From contig LSRY02000001.1 of the NCBI GenBank assembly GCA_001643675.2, forward strand, positions 992,001-1,056,000: a stretch of 64,000 nucleotides of DNA. Reading direction: 5' to 3'. Positions within the stretch are counted from its first letter, which is position 1. Every line of letters begins with the position of its first letter. The DNA is from Monocercomonoides exilis PA203. Taxonomy: Eukaryota > Protista > Preaxostyla. The notes beneath the pieces are model-generated. The model was not told where the DNA came from and did no database searches. It saw only the letters and a program-made list of their open reading frames with translations. Shown piece after piece: positions 37,701 to 46,802 of the stretch. The translations under genes were made by a program, and so were the position numbers.

Positions 37701-40700
37701 CTCATCTCTTCCATATATTGCGTTATCACGAATGTAATGGTCTTCTCGAAGATCAAACGGAAATTGACTTTCATTGATCTGAGATGTGATGTTGAAACAT
37801 TCAATGAAAATGTCATTTCCCACTCTAGCTGTGTTTGAACTAAATTTTATCCCCACAAATGTGAAATTCAATTCTCCTCTTTCCTTTGTTGCCAAATACA
37901 CTCCTCCTCCTCTTCCCGTGCTGTTGCTGCAGCTGCAATAGCTGATTGTTGAGTCAATTATCTTCATTGATCCAGATGCACCCAATGTGAAGAATATTAC
38001 CCCTCCTTTCTCACTTGTTTCTGCTTTGTCTTCTGTGATGTTGCTCTCATTCACAACCAAATAAATCTTTTTCTCACTCTTCAAATCCAAAATACTTGAT
38101 CCATTGTCGTTTCTCTTCACTCCTGAAAATGATGATTTCTCAATCTCTATATTTACACCTTCGTTTTCTCCATTTGTCTTCAATCCTGCTTCAGATTTCT
38201 TGACTGATAAAAAGCAAACTCTACTTTCATTCAACGACTCCACTCGAACATTTAAGAAATGGCAAGAAACTCCAGCATCGTGAATAGCAAAAATGCTATT
38301 TCCAACATTGCATGATTCAATCGACAAATCATTCACTTCTACACTGCCTCCAATCGCATTCACAAATACGCAATCAAATCCATTGTTCATTCCTGCCTCT
38401 GAATGGAATGCACATCCAGTTATCACCAAATCTCCATTTATATTTGAAATAATTGTTTTGGCTGAGTTGTCAAATCCAGATGTTAGTTGAAGTTGGATAT
38501 TCCTCAATTCAAGATGAATTTCATTCACCATGAAATGTTCCAGTTGATTTCCAACTGCCTTTTCAACATTTAATATTGCTTTCACATTCTCTTCTCCCAT
38601 CAATGAAGACTTTTTGATCTGATAATTGGATACATTGAATGAATCTCGAATAATAGTTGATCCTTCAATCTGAATTGTTTTATTTCCTTCTTCGTCTTTC
38701 ATGTTTTTCATCCCTTTCCACATCGTTTGACATGGCTCTTCCCCACTTCCACAACGTGCAACATCAAATCCAATAGAAGAAATAAATATCTCAAACGAGC
38801 TGAATGGAACGAGGAACATGAATAAATCCTTTTTTTGATGAAAATCATCACTTCCGACAAACAAATTGTTATCATCCTTCATTGATGAGTAATCAAACTT
38901 GAATGACTCATTTGTCGCAGTTGAATTAAAATTCTTACCCAAAATGAACACATTCTTTCCAATTGCAGCTTTGTTGTTCTCAAAAGTTACGTCAGCATCA
39001 AAAAGAAATGGTGTTTGATCCAAACAATTTTTGCAATCCAAATACAAGAATCCGCCTTTTCCATTGGCTGATGAAAGTGAGCAAAATGATGCATTTGTTG
39101 AATTAATAACCAGATTTTCGTCATTTTTCAATGTCACTTTTGCAACACCTCCTTCGCCACTTCCAGTGTTCGCAATATTTGTTAAGTTGTTGTTTTCAAT
39201 CAAAACAGAAGAAGCAATCACTAATGGTGATTTGACAAATGAAGACCCTTTTAAACTGCATCCATTCAATGTGCAACTTCCAGTGGTTGTTGTTATCAAC
39301 GAGTATTGAATGGCCGTTGATGATTGGAAGTCAAATAAACAGTTTACGAGATTAAGATTATTACTCGAAGAGATTAAGGAATTCATACTTGGTGTAAATT
39401 GGTTTGGAATCTGTAACTTTAAAGATAACAAGCTGAGTGGCTTAATTGATGAAATAACAGATGAAGATGATGATGCAGAATTTCCTTTGATTGTCCCTTC
39501 AAAATAAACTGTCTTGTGTTTGGCTTCATCTCCTTCATTCACACATCCATCAATCACAAGTTCATCTGAAAATGAATAAATATCTTCAATTGCCCCTTCG
39601 TCCTTCACTTTCACTTTCCTTTCTCCTTCTGTTCCACTTCTGTCAATATGATCAATTCCATTTTTCATCGATTCGCATGGGAATATCTCACTTCCACATC
39701 CCAATGTGTCATGCCCATCTTTCGACACAGATACAACCACCCACTTCAAAGAAACAAGAAACACTCGAAGATCCATTTCTCCATAAATCCCATCTTCCCC
39801 AACAAATGCATTTCCATCCTCCTCGTAATCTGAGTAACCAAACGCAAAACGCTCTATCTTCACACTGTTCACCAGATTGCTGCTCTTCACAAACATGTTC
39901 TTCCCAACTGTTGCTGAGCATCCAGAAAACGATATTGATGTGAGTTGAAATCCGACTTCATTTGAACTGCAATCCAAATATATTCCTCCTCCTTTTCCTC
40001 TCTCACTCGTATTCTCGCAAATACATCCAGTAAATGAACTGTCTTCAATTTCCACATGTCCTCCTCCCTCCAACACTATCTTTAGTGCTCCTCCTTCTTT
40101 GCTCTTCTCCGACACTGCCCCTTCTATCTTGCTTCCATTTATCACCATTCCAACTCCCACATTCCCTCCAAGCACCGCTGCCTCTCCTTCTACTGTTTCT
40201 CCATTATCAATTTCCAATCCTTCCATTGTGCAATTCAACAGTTTCACTTTGTGTTCCTGTTCATTCACATTTCCAGAAGTAAGAGAAAATGAAAATAGCG
40301 AGACAGATGATTTCACATCTGAAATCGTGACAGATTCCAGTTCAACCATCTTTCCAGTAGATATGATCAATGAAAATCCAATCGTGTTCAGTTTCCCTCC
40401 AGTCACGCACATTGCGCAGTTCTTCATGTGCAACTTACCATTTACACTACTCGATTTGATAACAGATGTGATTGTTCTGTTAAAACTCGATGGAATAACA
40501 ATCCCAATGAACTTCATTTCTGTCATCGATTCTAATTTCAGAACACACGCTTCAGATCCGCTCACTTCTCTTTTGCATTCGATACTCACAATTGCCTCAG
40601 TTCTAGCCTTGATACATATTCCACCAACATCCAAGCTCCCAGCCATAATCGAATTTGAATAAACAATAATAACTTGTTTGATGCCTTCCGTTCTCTTCAA

Positions 40701-43700
40701 ACGCCCCATCCCATAATTCACGTTCAAACAAGGCGCTTTCTCCAGCCCGCAATACACCTTTTCCACTCCAGATGTTCCATCAACATATGCCTTGTCTGCG
40801 AAGTATCCATCGAAGAATATGAATAAATCCACATCCCAATCACCAAATGCTTCTGTTCTGTCATGTCCAACAACAGAGTTGTCTTTTTCAGTGATGTTTC
40901 TCATGAAGGCGAACAAGGGCTCTTTCACAGAAGCGACAAGTGTCTCACACACACAAAACACATCTCTTCCCACACTGGCCTTGTTGGCTGAAAACACGAT
41001 ATTGGTGATGGATAAGGAGGATTCTGACACTTCTGAATCGTCGTTGTACTCGATCATGAGTGCCCCACCTTTTCCTCCAGAACTTGTATCCTCGCTCACA
41101 GAGCAGGTGGAGAAGGTTGTGTCACTCACCGAAAATGTGTTGGTAGAAGCAGATGAGGCGAATGAGATGCACCCGCCATTGGTGGCAGTCTGATGGTGTT
41201 GTGGAGCTGAGTCGATGTTGGTGATGGTGCAGTTGGGGAGGGAGATGGCGAGGGCAGGGGAGGTGGCAGAGGAGAGGACACAGCTGGTGGGAGTGGCAGT
41301 GGAGGTGATGTGGGTGATGTTGGAGGAGTTGAGGGTGAGGGGAGATGTGAAGGAGGTGAGGCGGAAGATGCTCTGGCTGTTGAGGGTGAGACTTGTGATT
41401 GCTGTGTGGTTAAGGGAGAGGGAGCCTGCAGTGATGAAGAAGAGGGGTGTGGTGATTGGTGATGAAGATGAGGTTGTTCCGGTGATGGTGGTTGTGTTGA
41501 GATTGAGGGAAGGGGAGTTACCGGAGAGGTGGAAGAGGATGGGGGTGATGGGGTTTGTGGAGTTGTGGGCGATGGCGAGGGCAGAGACTGTGAGGGAGCC
41601 CTGGGTCTGCTGGAAGAGGGCAGACGAGACAGATGGATCTGGTGAAGAAGATGTTGATATTGATGAAAATGATGATGTTGATTGTGATGACTGTGAATGT
41701 GAGTTTGATGGTTGGGGAATGCCACTGGAGGCGATGGTGGTGGCAGTTGTGCCATTTCCTGTGATTTTTGTGTCAACCGCGCTGAAAGTGAGTGTTTGAA
41801 GAGGAACAAATGTTGAGGTGAGGAGGGTGAGGGAGGCGTCGTGGAGGAGGGAAATGAAGCCGTTGAGGGCATACTCGATGGTGGCACATGGGGTCTGTTG
41901 GGGTCTGCCACAGGCATCAACATCAGTTCCGCTGTTAGAAACGATTTTATTCTGGGCAATGAGTGGGAGCCAACTGTTGAAAGTTTCATTGTCTGCTTGT
42001 CCATTATTATACACTCTTTTGGTTGGAGTTGTTGATCCACAATTCTCAAATGGAGATTGAGTGATTGTATTGCCACTGAAGAACACATCATTCCCGCTAC
42101 CATTTGTTGCGGTGTTGCCATCGAAGAAGCAGAATGTGATGAATTTATTTCCGCTCATCCAGGAACAAGTCGAACAGAAGAAAATGGCAGCGCCTCCATA
42201 TTTGACAGATGCAGTCAATTTGTTATTAATAAATTGACAATCATTTATTAAAAACAGACTTGGCTTATTGACTGGAGGATTATTGAATGTTAAAGAGCCA
42301 GCGGCATTTCCGCCAGTATTTGCGATGCACTTGCATTTAGAAAACAAGAACTGACCATTTATTGGAAAGTAATACATATTGAAATACCAGCCGGTTCCAC
42401 ACCAGTTTGTTATTGAACAACTTTCAACTTTGTTATTTGAAAATTTCCAGACAGAAAAAGATGGCGGTTGAGCTATATAAGCAGATCCACCATTTGAAGA
42501 TGAACATCTTGAAAAATTGTTTTTCGAAAAGTCAATACTGCATAGCTCATCGCAATTCAACGCTCCGCCATGATTAGAATTTGAACAATTGTTGAATGAA
42601 CAAGAGGCAATTGTGAGATTAGCATTTGAACAAGAAACAAAAAGTGCGCCACCAGACGAAGATCCACCAGTTGTATCATTCCATTCACACCATTCGAAGC
42701 GATGGCTGTTAACATCAAAAGAAGTCAATCTTCCAGGTTTCGCCCTTTGAGATTCAGATCCGACATGCACGACAGCAGCATTTGGTGAAGAGCGTGTTTG
42801 GTGGAGAAAAGAGGTGTTGAAGGCAGAGAGAGAAGTGGATGGGCTGTTGAGGTTGGGGAGAATGGCTCCATCGATGGGGTTGTGGGTGTGGAGGAAGATG
42901 GTTGAGTGGATGGAGAGGGATGAGTGAAGGGAGAAGGAGGGAATTGTATTGGAGTTTGTGTTGGTGGAAGTGGAAGAAGAGGAAGAAGAGGTTGAGATGA
43001 AAGGATTGAGCAAGTGTGAAGGAAGGGATGGAAGAGATGAATGGGAATGGGGAGAGGAGATGTTGGAGAAGAGGGTGTTTGAGAGATGGTGATTGAGGTA
43101 GATTTGGAGGTGGGGATGGGATTGGTGATGGATATGGAGAGGGGAAGGGGAAGGGGCAGAAAAAGAAGACGATGAGGATGAGGAAGATAAAGGAGAAGAG
43201 GAAAGGGATGGAGATGGAGAAGGGGAAGGGGAAGGAGATGGAGAAGGGGAAGGGGAAGAGAGGGAAGAAGGAGAAAAAAGGAAGGGCTGGATGAGGGAGA
43301 TGAAGGAGGAGAAAGAGGAGTGGGAGATGGAGAAGGAGGCAGGGATTGGGGAGTGGGCATCTGAGAGGAGATTGTTTGGGGTGGAGAAGAGAGGGAAGGA
43401 GAGGAAGGCTGGTTGGTGGGTGATGAGGGAGAAGTTTGTGAGGGCGAGGGAGGAATGAGCAGAGAGGAAAAGTGGAGATTTTGTTGCTGGTTGGGCTTGG
43501 AAAGTGAAAGAGAAAATGGAGGCAGCCGAGTGGTGTTGGGCAGTGAGGAGTGGACAACCGCTGAGAGGGACGATGTTGAGATGGGTCGCGCACAACGAGC
43601 TGTTGATGATATTCAGACTTGTTTGAATACAGCAGATGCGATTGTCAGCTGGTTTTACAACTTTCGCCAATGAATTATCTACATTATGTTTGTTATTGTC

Positions 43701-43841
43701 ATTTCCGTTTGCAATGTTGATCCTGCCTTCATGCATCTCCTTGTTCATTTCTTGTTGAATTTGCCTTTCCGCAATGCCTTCTCCATTACAGCGGTTTATA
43801 ACAAGCAACAGCAACACAAAAAATTTTATTGCAACTCTCAT
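34749..43841 (-). CDS. Giant (~3030 aa) type I membrane protein: Cys-rich beta-helix-like repeat ectodomain, TM helix, C-lobe-only pseudokinase
   Basis: Uninterrupted ORF. Signal peptide MRVAIKFFVLLLLV from ATG 43841; five CGxxxx(x)PC modules and recurrent GGA/GGG-I/V motifs; TM WLLIVIVLVILLLIVLIVSIILAV followed by RWRKQKRR; kinase remnants RWKAPE and AFSIGMMLWECLTLQIPF. Confidence 0.9.
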   Translation of the reverse strand: MRVAIKFFVLLLLVINRCNGEGIAERQIQQEMNKEMHEGRINIANGNDNNKHNVDNSLAKVVKPADNRICCIQTSLNIINSSLCATHLNIVPLSGCPLLTAQHHSAASIFSFTFQAQPATKSPLFLSAHSSLALTNFSLITHQPAFLSFPLFSTPNNLLSDAHSPIPASFSISHSSFSSFISLIQPFLFSPSSLSSPSPSPSPSPSPSPSPSLSSSPLSSSSSSSSFSAPSPSPLHIHHQSHPHLQIYLNHHLSNTLFSNISSPHSHSSLPSLPSHLLNPFISTSSSSSSTSTNTNSNTIPSFSLHSSLSIHSTIFLHTHNPIDGAILPNLNSPSTSLSAFNTSFLHQTRSSPNAAVVHVGSESQRAKPGRLTSFDVNSHRFEWCEWNDTTGGSSSGGALFVSCSNANLTIASCSFNNCSNSNHGGALNCDELCSIDFSKNNFSRCSSSNGGSAYIAQPPSFSVWKFSNNKVESCSITNWCGTGWYFNMYYFPINGQFLFSKCKCIANTGGNAAGSLTFNNPPVNKPSLFLINDCQFINNKLTASVKYGGAAIFFCSTCSWMSGNKFITFCFFDGNTATNGSGNDVFFSGNTITQSPFENCGSTTPTKRVYNNGQADNETFNSWLPLIAQNKIVSNSGTDVDACGRPQQTPCATIEYALNGFISLLHDASLTLLTSTFVPLQTLTFSAVDTKITGNGTTATTIASSGIPQPSNSHSQSSQSTSSFSSISTSSSPDPSVSSALFQQTQGSLTVSALAIAHNSTNPITPILFHLSGNSPSLNLNTTTITGTTSSSSPITTPLFFITAGSLSLNHTAITSLTLNSQSIFRLTSFTSPLTLNSSNITHITSTATPTSCVLSSATSPALAISLPNCTITNIDSAPQHHQTATNGGCISFASSASTNTFSVSDTTFSTCSVSEDTSSGGKGGALMIEYNDDSEVSESSLSITNIVFSANKASVGRDVFCVCETLVASVKEPLFAFMRNITEKDNSVVGHDRTEAFGDWDVDLFIFFDGYFADKAYVDGTSGVEKVYCGLEKAPCLNVNYGMGRLKRTEGIKQVIIVYSNSIMAGSLDVGGICIKARTEAIVSIECKREVSGSEACVLKLESMTEMKFIGIVIPSSFNRTITSVIKSSSVNGKLHMKNCAMCVTGGKLNTIGFSLIISTGKMVELESVTISDVKSSVSLFSFSLTSGNVNEQEHKVKLLNCTMEGLEIDNGETVEGEAAVLGGNVGVGMVINGSKIEGAVSEKSKEGGALKIVLEGGGHVEIEDSSFTGCICENTSERGKGGGIYLDCSSNEVGFQLTSISFSGCSATVGKNMFVKSSNLVNSVKIERFAFGYSDYEEDGNAFVGEDGIYGEMDLRVFLVSLKWVVVSVSKDGHDTLGCGSEIFPCESMKNGIDHIDRSGTEGERKVKVKDEGAIEDIYSFSDELVIDGCVNEGDEAKHKTVYFEGTIKGNSASSSSSVISSIKPLSLLSLKLQIPNQFTPSMNSLISSSNNLNLVNCLFDFQSSTAIQYSLITTTTGSCTLNGCSLKGSSFVKSPLVIASSVLIENNNLTNIANTGSGEGGVAKVTLKNDENLVINSTNASFCSLSSANGKGGFLYLDCKNCLDQTPFLFDADVTFENNKAAIGKNVFILGKNFNSTATNESFKFDYSSMKDDNNLFVGSDDFHQKKDLFMFLVPFSSFEIFISSIGFDVARCGSGEEPCQTMWKGMKNMKDEEGNKTIQIEGSTIIRDSFNVSNYQIKKSSLMGEENVKAILNVEKAVGNQLEHFMVNEIHLELRNIQLQLTSGFDNSAKTIISNINGDLVITGCAFHSEAGMNNGFDCVFVNAIGGSVEVNDLSIESCNVGNSIFAIHDAGVSCHFLNVRVESLNESRVCFLSVKKSEAGLKTNGENEGVNIEIEKSSFSGVKRNDNGSSILDLKSEKKIYLVVNESNITEDKAETSEKGGVIFFTLGASGSMKIIDSTISYCSCSNSTGRGGGVYLATKERGELNFTFVGIKFSSNTARVGNDIFIECFNITSQINESQFPFDLREDHYIRDNAIYGRDECDHQIDTDLIDFVTIHQSDTIIVSSVNGSDERQCGTNALPCHSIDYGLMHLTSDFMSLMFIVEESVISEEINLKEMSSSSKSREMCKVEVESGIEGTRETLVATDGSVSLLRVNFVFDPFFNSFHESLISPEGGILEIMNCSFDSKQSNEGGNVNFANIPFHIFDVAKGELQLMEFKVKNLILRESALYLSSPLSSVVYLFTVCNSTIETSLISINECGQLTIKDFYTENITVEGNEETLISCLSMKKTIQLTNCTMEKTTSKTTKGKVMKMENCTDMKIDSCIFDGSSKERNEKNSNTEEEMCRWSGSLVDAVKSSVMMKDATITNSPEGGITISGGNVIIEKGEFLNNNPFIEKYPSLRKNIICSDSGSLKVMSLKGGDGVLPNSSLWMLNDGCSFDGIVSERDSSFFIPVLESVETKEETNRMKLTFKGSLLVPCNLSFSVVKRKGEEKEIEKHDFDSNGFLSEREAEGSVAKDLLSNCGEEIEVTVYLMFGYVESPSSTQSFILKNASETKINGDEKFVEGRKERKSYWLLIVIVLVILLLIVLIVSIILAVRWRKQKRRTEELEVIVNDTVRKDPKLIEMMTMEMSPEEQWKRAEREAEKKNEERIKKRVYEKSLGHSESSEHLLSESGSTEYILGKDSDKIPEWMLEKVEEEETRKRTPSPSISSTCSTDSDSTFVRGEDLCPTTSSMSNLVDAMACSSPHEKLIVDLRDSLFMLLHGRNEKKEMAIGTLKEREVTGAQMLFWAANGALHSLEHEEDELPSLRDLSPHIVLLSEHMLICIALNANYSFSSDDSDSSSISSSTIVTSASGGDDDDDFLPSSAFEDEDSFKKECLRWKAPELVMNKKMGATEKSVAFSIGMMLWECLTLQIPFGEYEAEVAGKKIVDGEKPDEMGIEESGLKNVVDACLSAEASKRPTLAEVKKELVGLFPSGTFVVTMADAIILEESSEEQEENGESKECEKEWKLEVNETKGKFDEG
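38177..38707. repeat. 531-bp segment duplicated in inverted orientation at 46819-47349
   Basis: The peptide NMKDEEGNKTIQ...KKSEAGLK is identical in both ORFs except G/E at CNVxNS; one nucleotide difference seen by eye. Confidence 0.95.
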
Positions 43842-44915
43842 AACGTAAGAGCGTCTTATCACAGATGTGGATCCTGGGAAAATGTGGAAATAAAATATTC
43901 CTGCGCCCCATATTATATTGATGAATATCTGAATAAGATCAATTTGATAATTACTCTTCAAAAGATGTCTTTCAATCACATTAAATAATTAAAAGGCAAA
44001 ACTGTCATTCAATTTTGTTTTATTTTGATATCAATAACAACAACATTAGCATTTGATTCTTTTGTTTAATGATGAACAATCATTCGAATTTGACATTAAC
44101 GATAAATAGCTGAGAACTGTAAATTCAGAATTTTTTTTCAAAACAATCAAGATGTAATTTCAATTTCAAGGGGAAAAAAATATCAACAAAAAAAACGACA
44201 ACTACTAGGTTTTCAAAAGATTATAATTACTAAAATAAAATTCTTGCATTGTTAAGAATTATATCAAACAAACAATAAAAAAGATTGCTTTCATATCTTT
44301 TTCTTGTATTTATTTTGTTTCAACAAACGAAAACATATCATGCTTTATGAAAATGTTTTTGTTTTTTTAATACCCAATTAAAAAATTATTGAACAAAAAA
44401 ACAGAAAGAAGTTTCGAATAGAAAATTTTTTTACAAACTTAATGTTGTTGCTGTTTTAACGTGCTTCAATTATTAGAAATATTCTTCCTGTTACAATATA
44501 AATTAAGTTTTCTTCTGTTGATTCAAACAGAAACAAATAAACAATATTGTTATTTAAAAATGAACAACGCGTTGTTGAGAGATAACAAGAAAATTTTAGA
44601 AAAAATATCAGTCTCTATAAGAAAAGTTCAATAAATATTTTATTATTTTCAAATCAACTTTTTGTATACATTTTCACAAGTTAAATAAAAATGTGTATTT
44701 TTTTATCTGTGCAACATAAACACATTCACAAAAAATTTTAATAATCAAACAGTTTTCACACTTGACATCATAATAATAATTCTTTTTATTTAACTAATAG
44801 AAAGAGATATTTTTTCAAAATATTCGAAGCATGAATAAAATTGAATTGAATGTTTCATTGTTTTTATTCAATAAAATGGGTTATTCTTTTTGTGAAGTCT
44901 CAAAAATAAAATATA

Positions 44916-45157
44916 TATCTAAATTTTTTTGAAAAGTTCCTTTTGTTTAATTTTCAATCAAAATAAAAATTTCATATTTCTATCAAACATCTGTTCCCAC
45001 TCACCAAATTTCACTGTGATGGTTATAATTGAATTGTTCAGGTTTTATTTCCTTTTGAGAGAAATTTCGTGAGTGGGAACAGAAATTTGATGAAATTATG
45101 AAATTTTTATTTTAATAGAAAATAAAACAAAAGGAACTTTTCATAAAAATATTGACA
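44916..45157. mobile_element. MITE family 1, copy D
   Basis: TA|TATCTAAATTTTTTTGAAAAGTTCC...GGAACTTTTCATAAAAATATTGACA|TA with internal CTGTTCCCACTCAC / GTGAGTGGGAACAG inverse pair. Confidence 0.88.
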
Positions 45158-46802
45158 TATAGGTTTTGTAAAAAAACAGATCATTTCCTGAATATTTTTT
45201 TTCCTTCAAGTCCTTCATGTTTCTCCTCAACGAAAAAATATATAAACAACACATGGGGGAAAATATGAACTTTCAAGCTTTTTATGCACTAAGCATGAAA
45301 ATATTGTTTCTCTTATTACATTATTACACTTTACCAGATTTCAAAATAAATTTGATTTTTATTACTCTAAACAAACATCATTGAAATAATAACAAAATGT
45401 TTTGTGACATCACATGTATTTCTAAAAATGAACCCATTTATTTCAAATCTTATATTCACAAAAAGTCAATGAAAAGTGCATAATTTTTCTTCGAAAATGC
45501 TTGAAGTCAAATATTTTGTCCCACATGTGTAAAATTGCACAAATTCTTCATTACGGATTAATAAGACGGATTATTATTGTAAATTTTCCAAAAAATGACG
45601 AAGCAAATAATATACAAAAATTAAACATTTTCGGCTTTTTAAAAAGGATTACACGCTTATATTGATCAAATTACTGTTAATACTTGTGTGTTTCAACAAG
45701 AACGGAAAACAATTCTTTGACAACGTCATTATTTCCATACAAAATATATGGTGAGAGGGCATAGGTCTAGATGCGCTTTTTTTGCAAATTGCGTTTTTAG
45801 GCATTAAAATTATGATGAATAAATAGGTAATAATTATTATAAAACTTTTTATGGACCGATTTTTCGAAAAAAATTTATTTTGTTGAAAAAAATGATTTTT
45901 GAAAAATGACCCATAAAAACATGAATTTCATTAAATAATATTCAAATATTAAAGAAAACGTGATTTTTGGACATCCAATGTGTTTGCATTATTATATAGA
46001 CATATTTTATTTGTTAATTTTCATCAAAAAAATATAAATCATAAACAAAAAATTTAATTAAACATCTTTGATCTAACCCACAATAAAATTAGTTTTCTTT
46101 AGAAAAATTGAATATGGGATAAAATTTTTGCATTTATGAAAGAAACAACGATATGTTCCAAACATTTTCTCCAACCTAATCATTATAAGTCTTTCATTCC
46201 CATTTCAAAAAAATACAGAAAAATACTAAAATTAAGAAAAATATTTGTTTGAGTAGAATGGAACAAAATTCATAAAGCAAAATATTTCGTCCCATATGCT
46301 GTTTTGGCTTAAATAGAACTCAATAGTTTGCCATAGTTTCATTTTTATATATAAAATTAAAGTATATTGTTATATGCGCACTTGTTTTGTGTTGAAAACA
46401 GCTTTTTTTCACAGTTGCATTAAAGTGTGCCTTTTTGCTTGAATATTCTAAAACTACCTAATATTAGTCATTTTCGTTCGCAAAGGAACGCAAAAGGTTA
46501 TAAATGACTCTTTAAATAACAATATTATTTATTTTGCTTTAAATTTTCATATATTTTCTTGTTCTTTTATATTTCTATGTTTTTTTTGAATTAGATAAGA
46601 TCATTGCATTATTAAATGAAACTTTTTACCCAGATAAACTTCAATTTCCCAATGAAATATTATATTGAGTTATAAAAACAATGGACTTTATTAAAGTTTG
46701 TCGTTTGTGTGTTTTTAAAAATACAAAGAATGAGATTGATTTAGCTTTTCTAGTGGATCTGATGTTGAGAGCTGGAGATGTGAGGATGAGCTATGCCAAA
46801 CA

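Noticed and set aside
43842-43979. ORF-track start at 43979
   Set aside because: It is a non-ATG upstream extension; ATG 43841 directly precedes a credible signal peptide.
34639-43988. Many antisense and alternate-frame ORFs over the giant gene and the 46803-49955 ORF
   Set aside because: They are shadows of biased, low-complexity coding sequence with no independent motifs.
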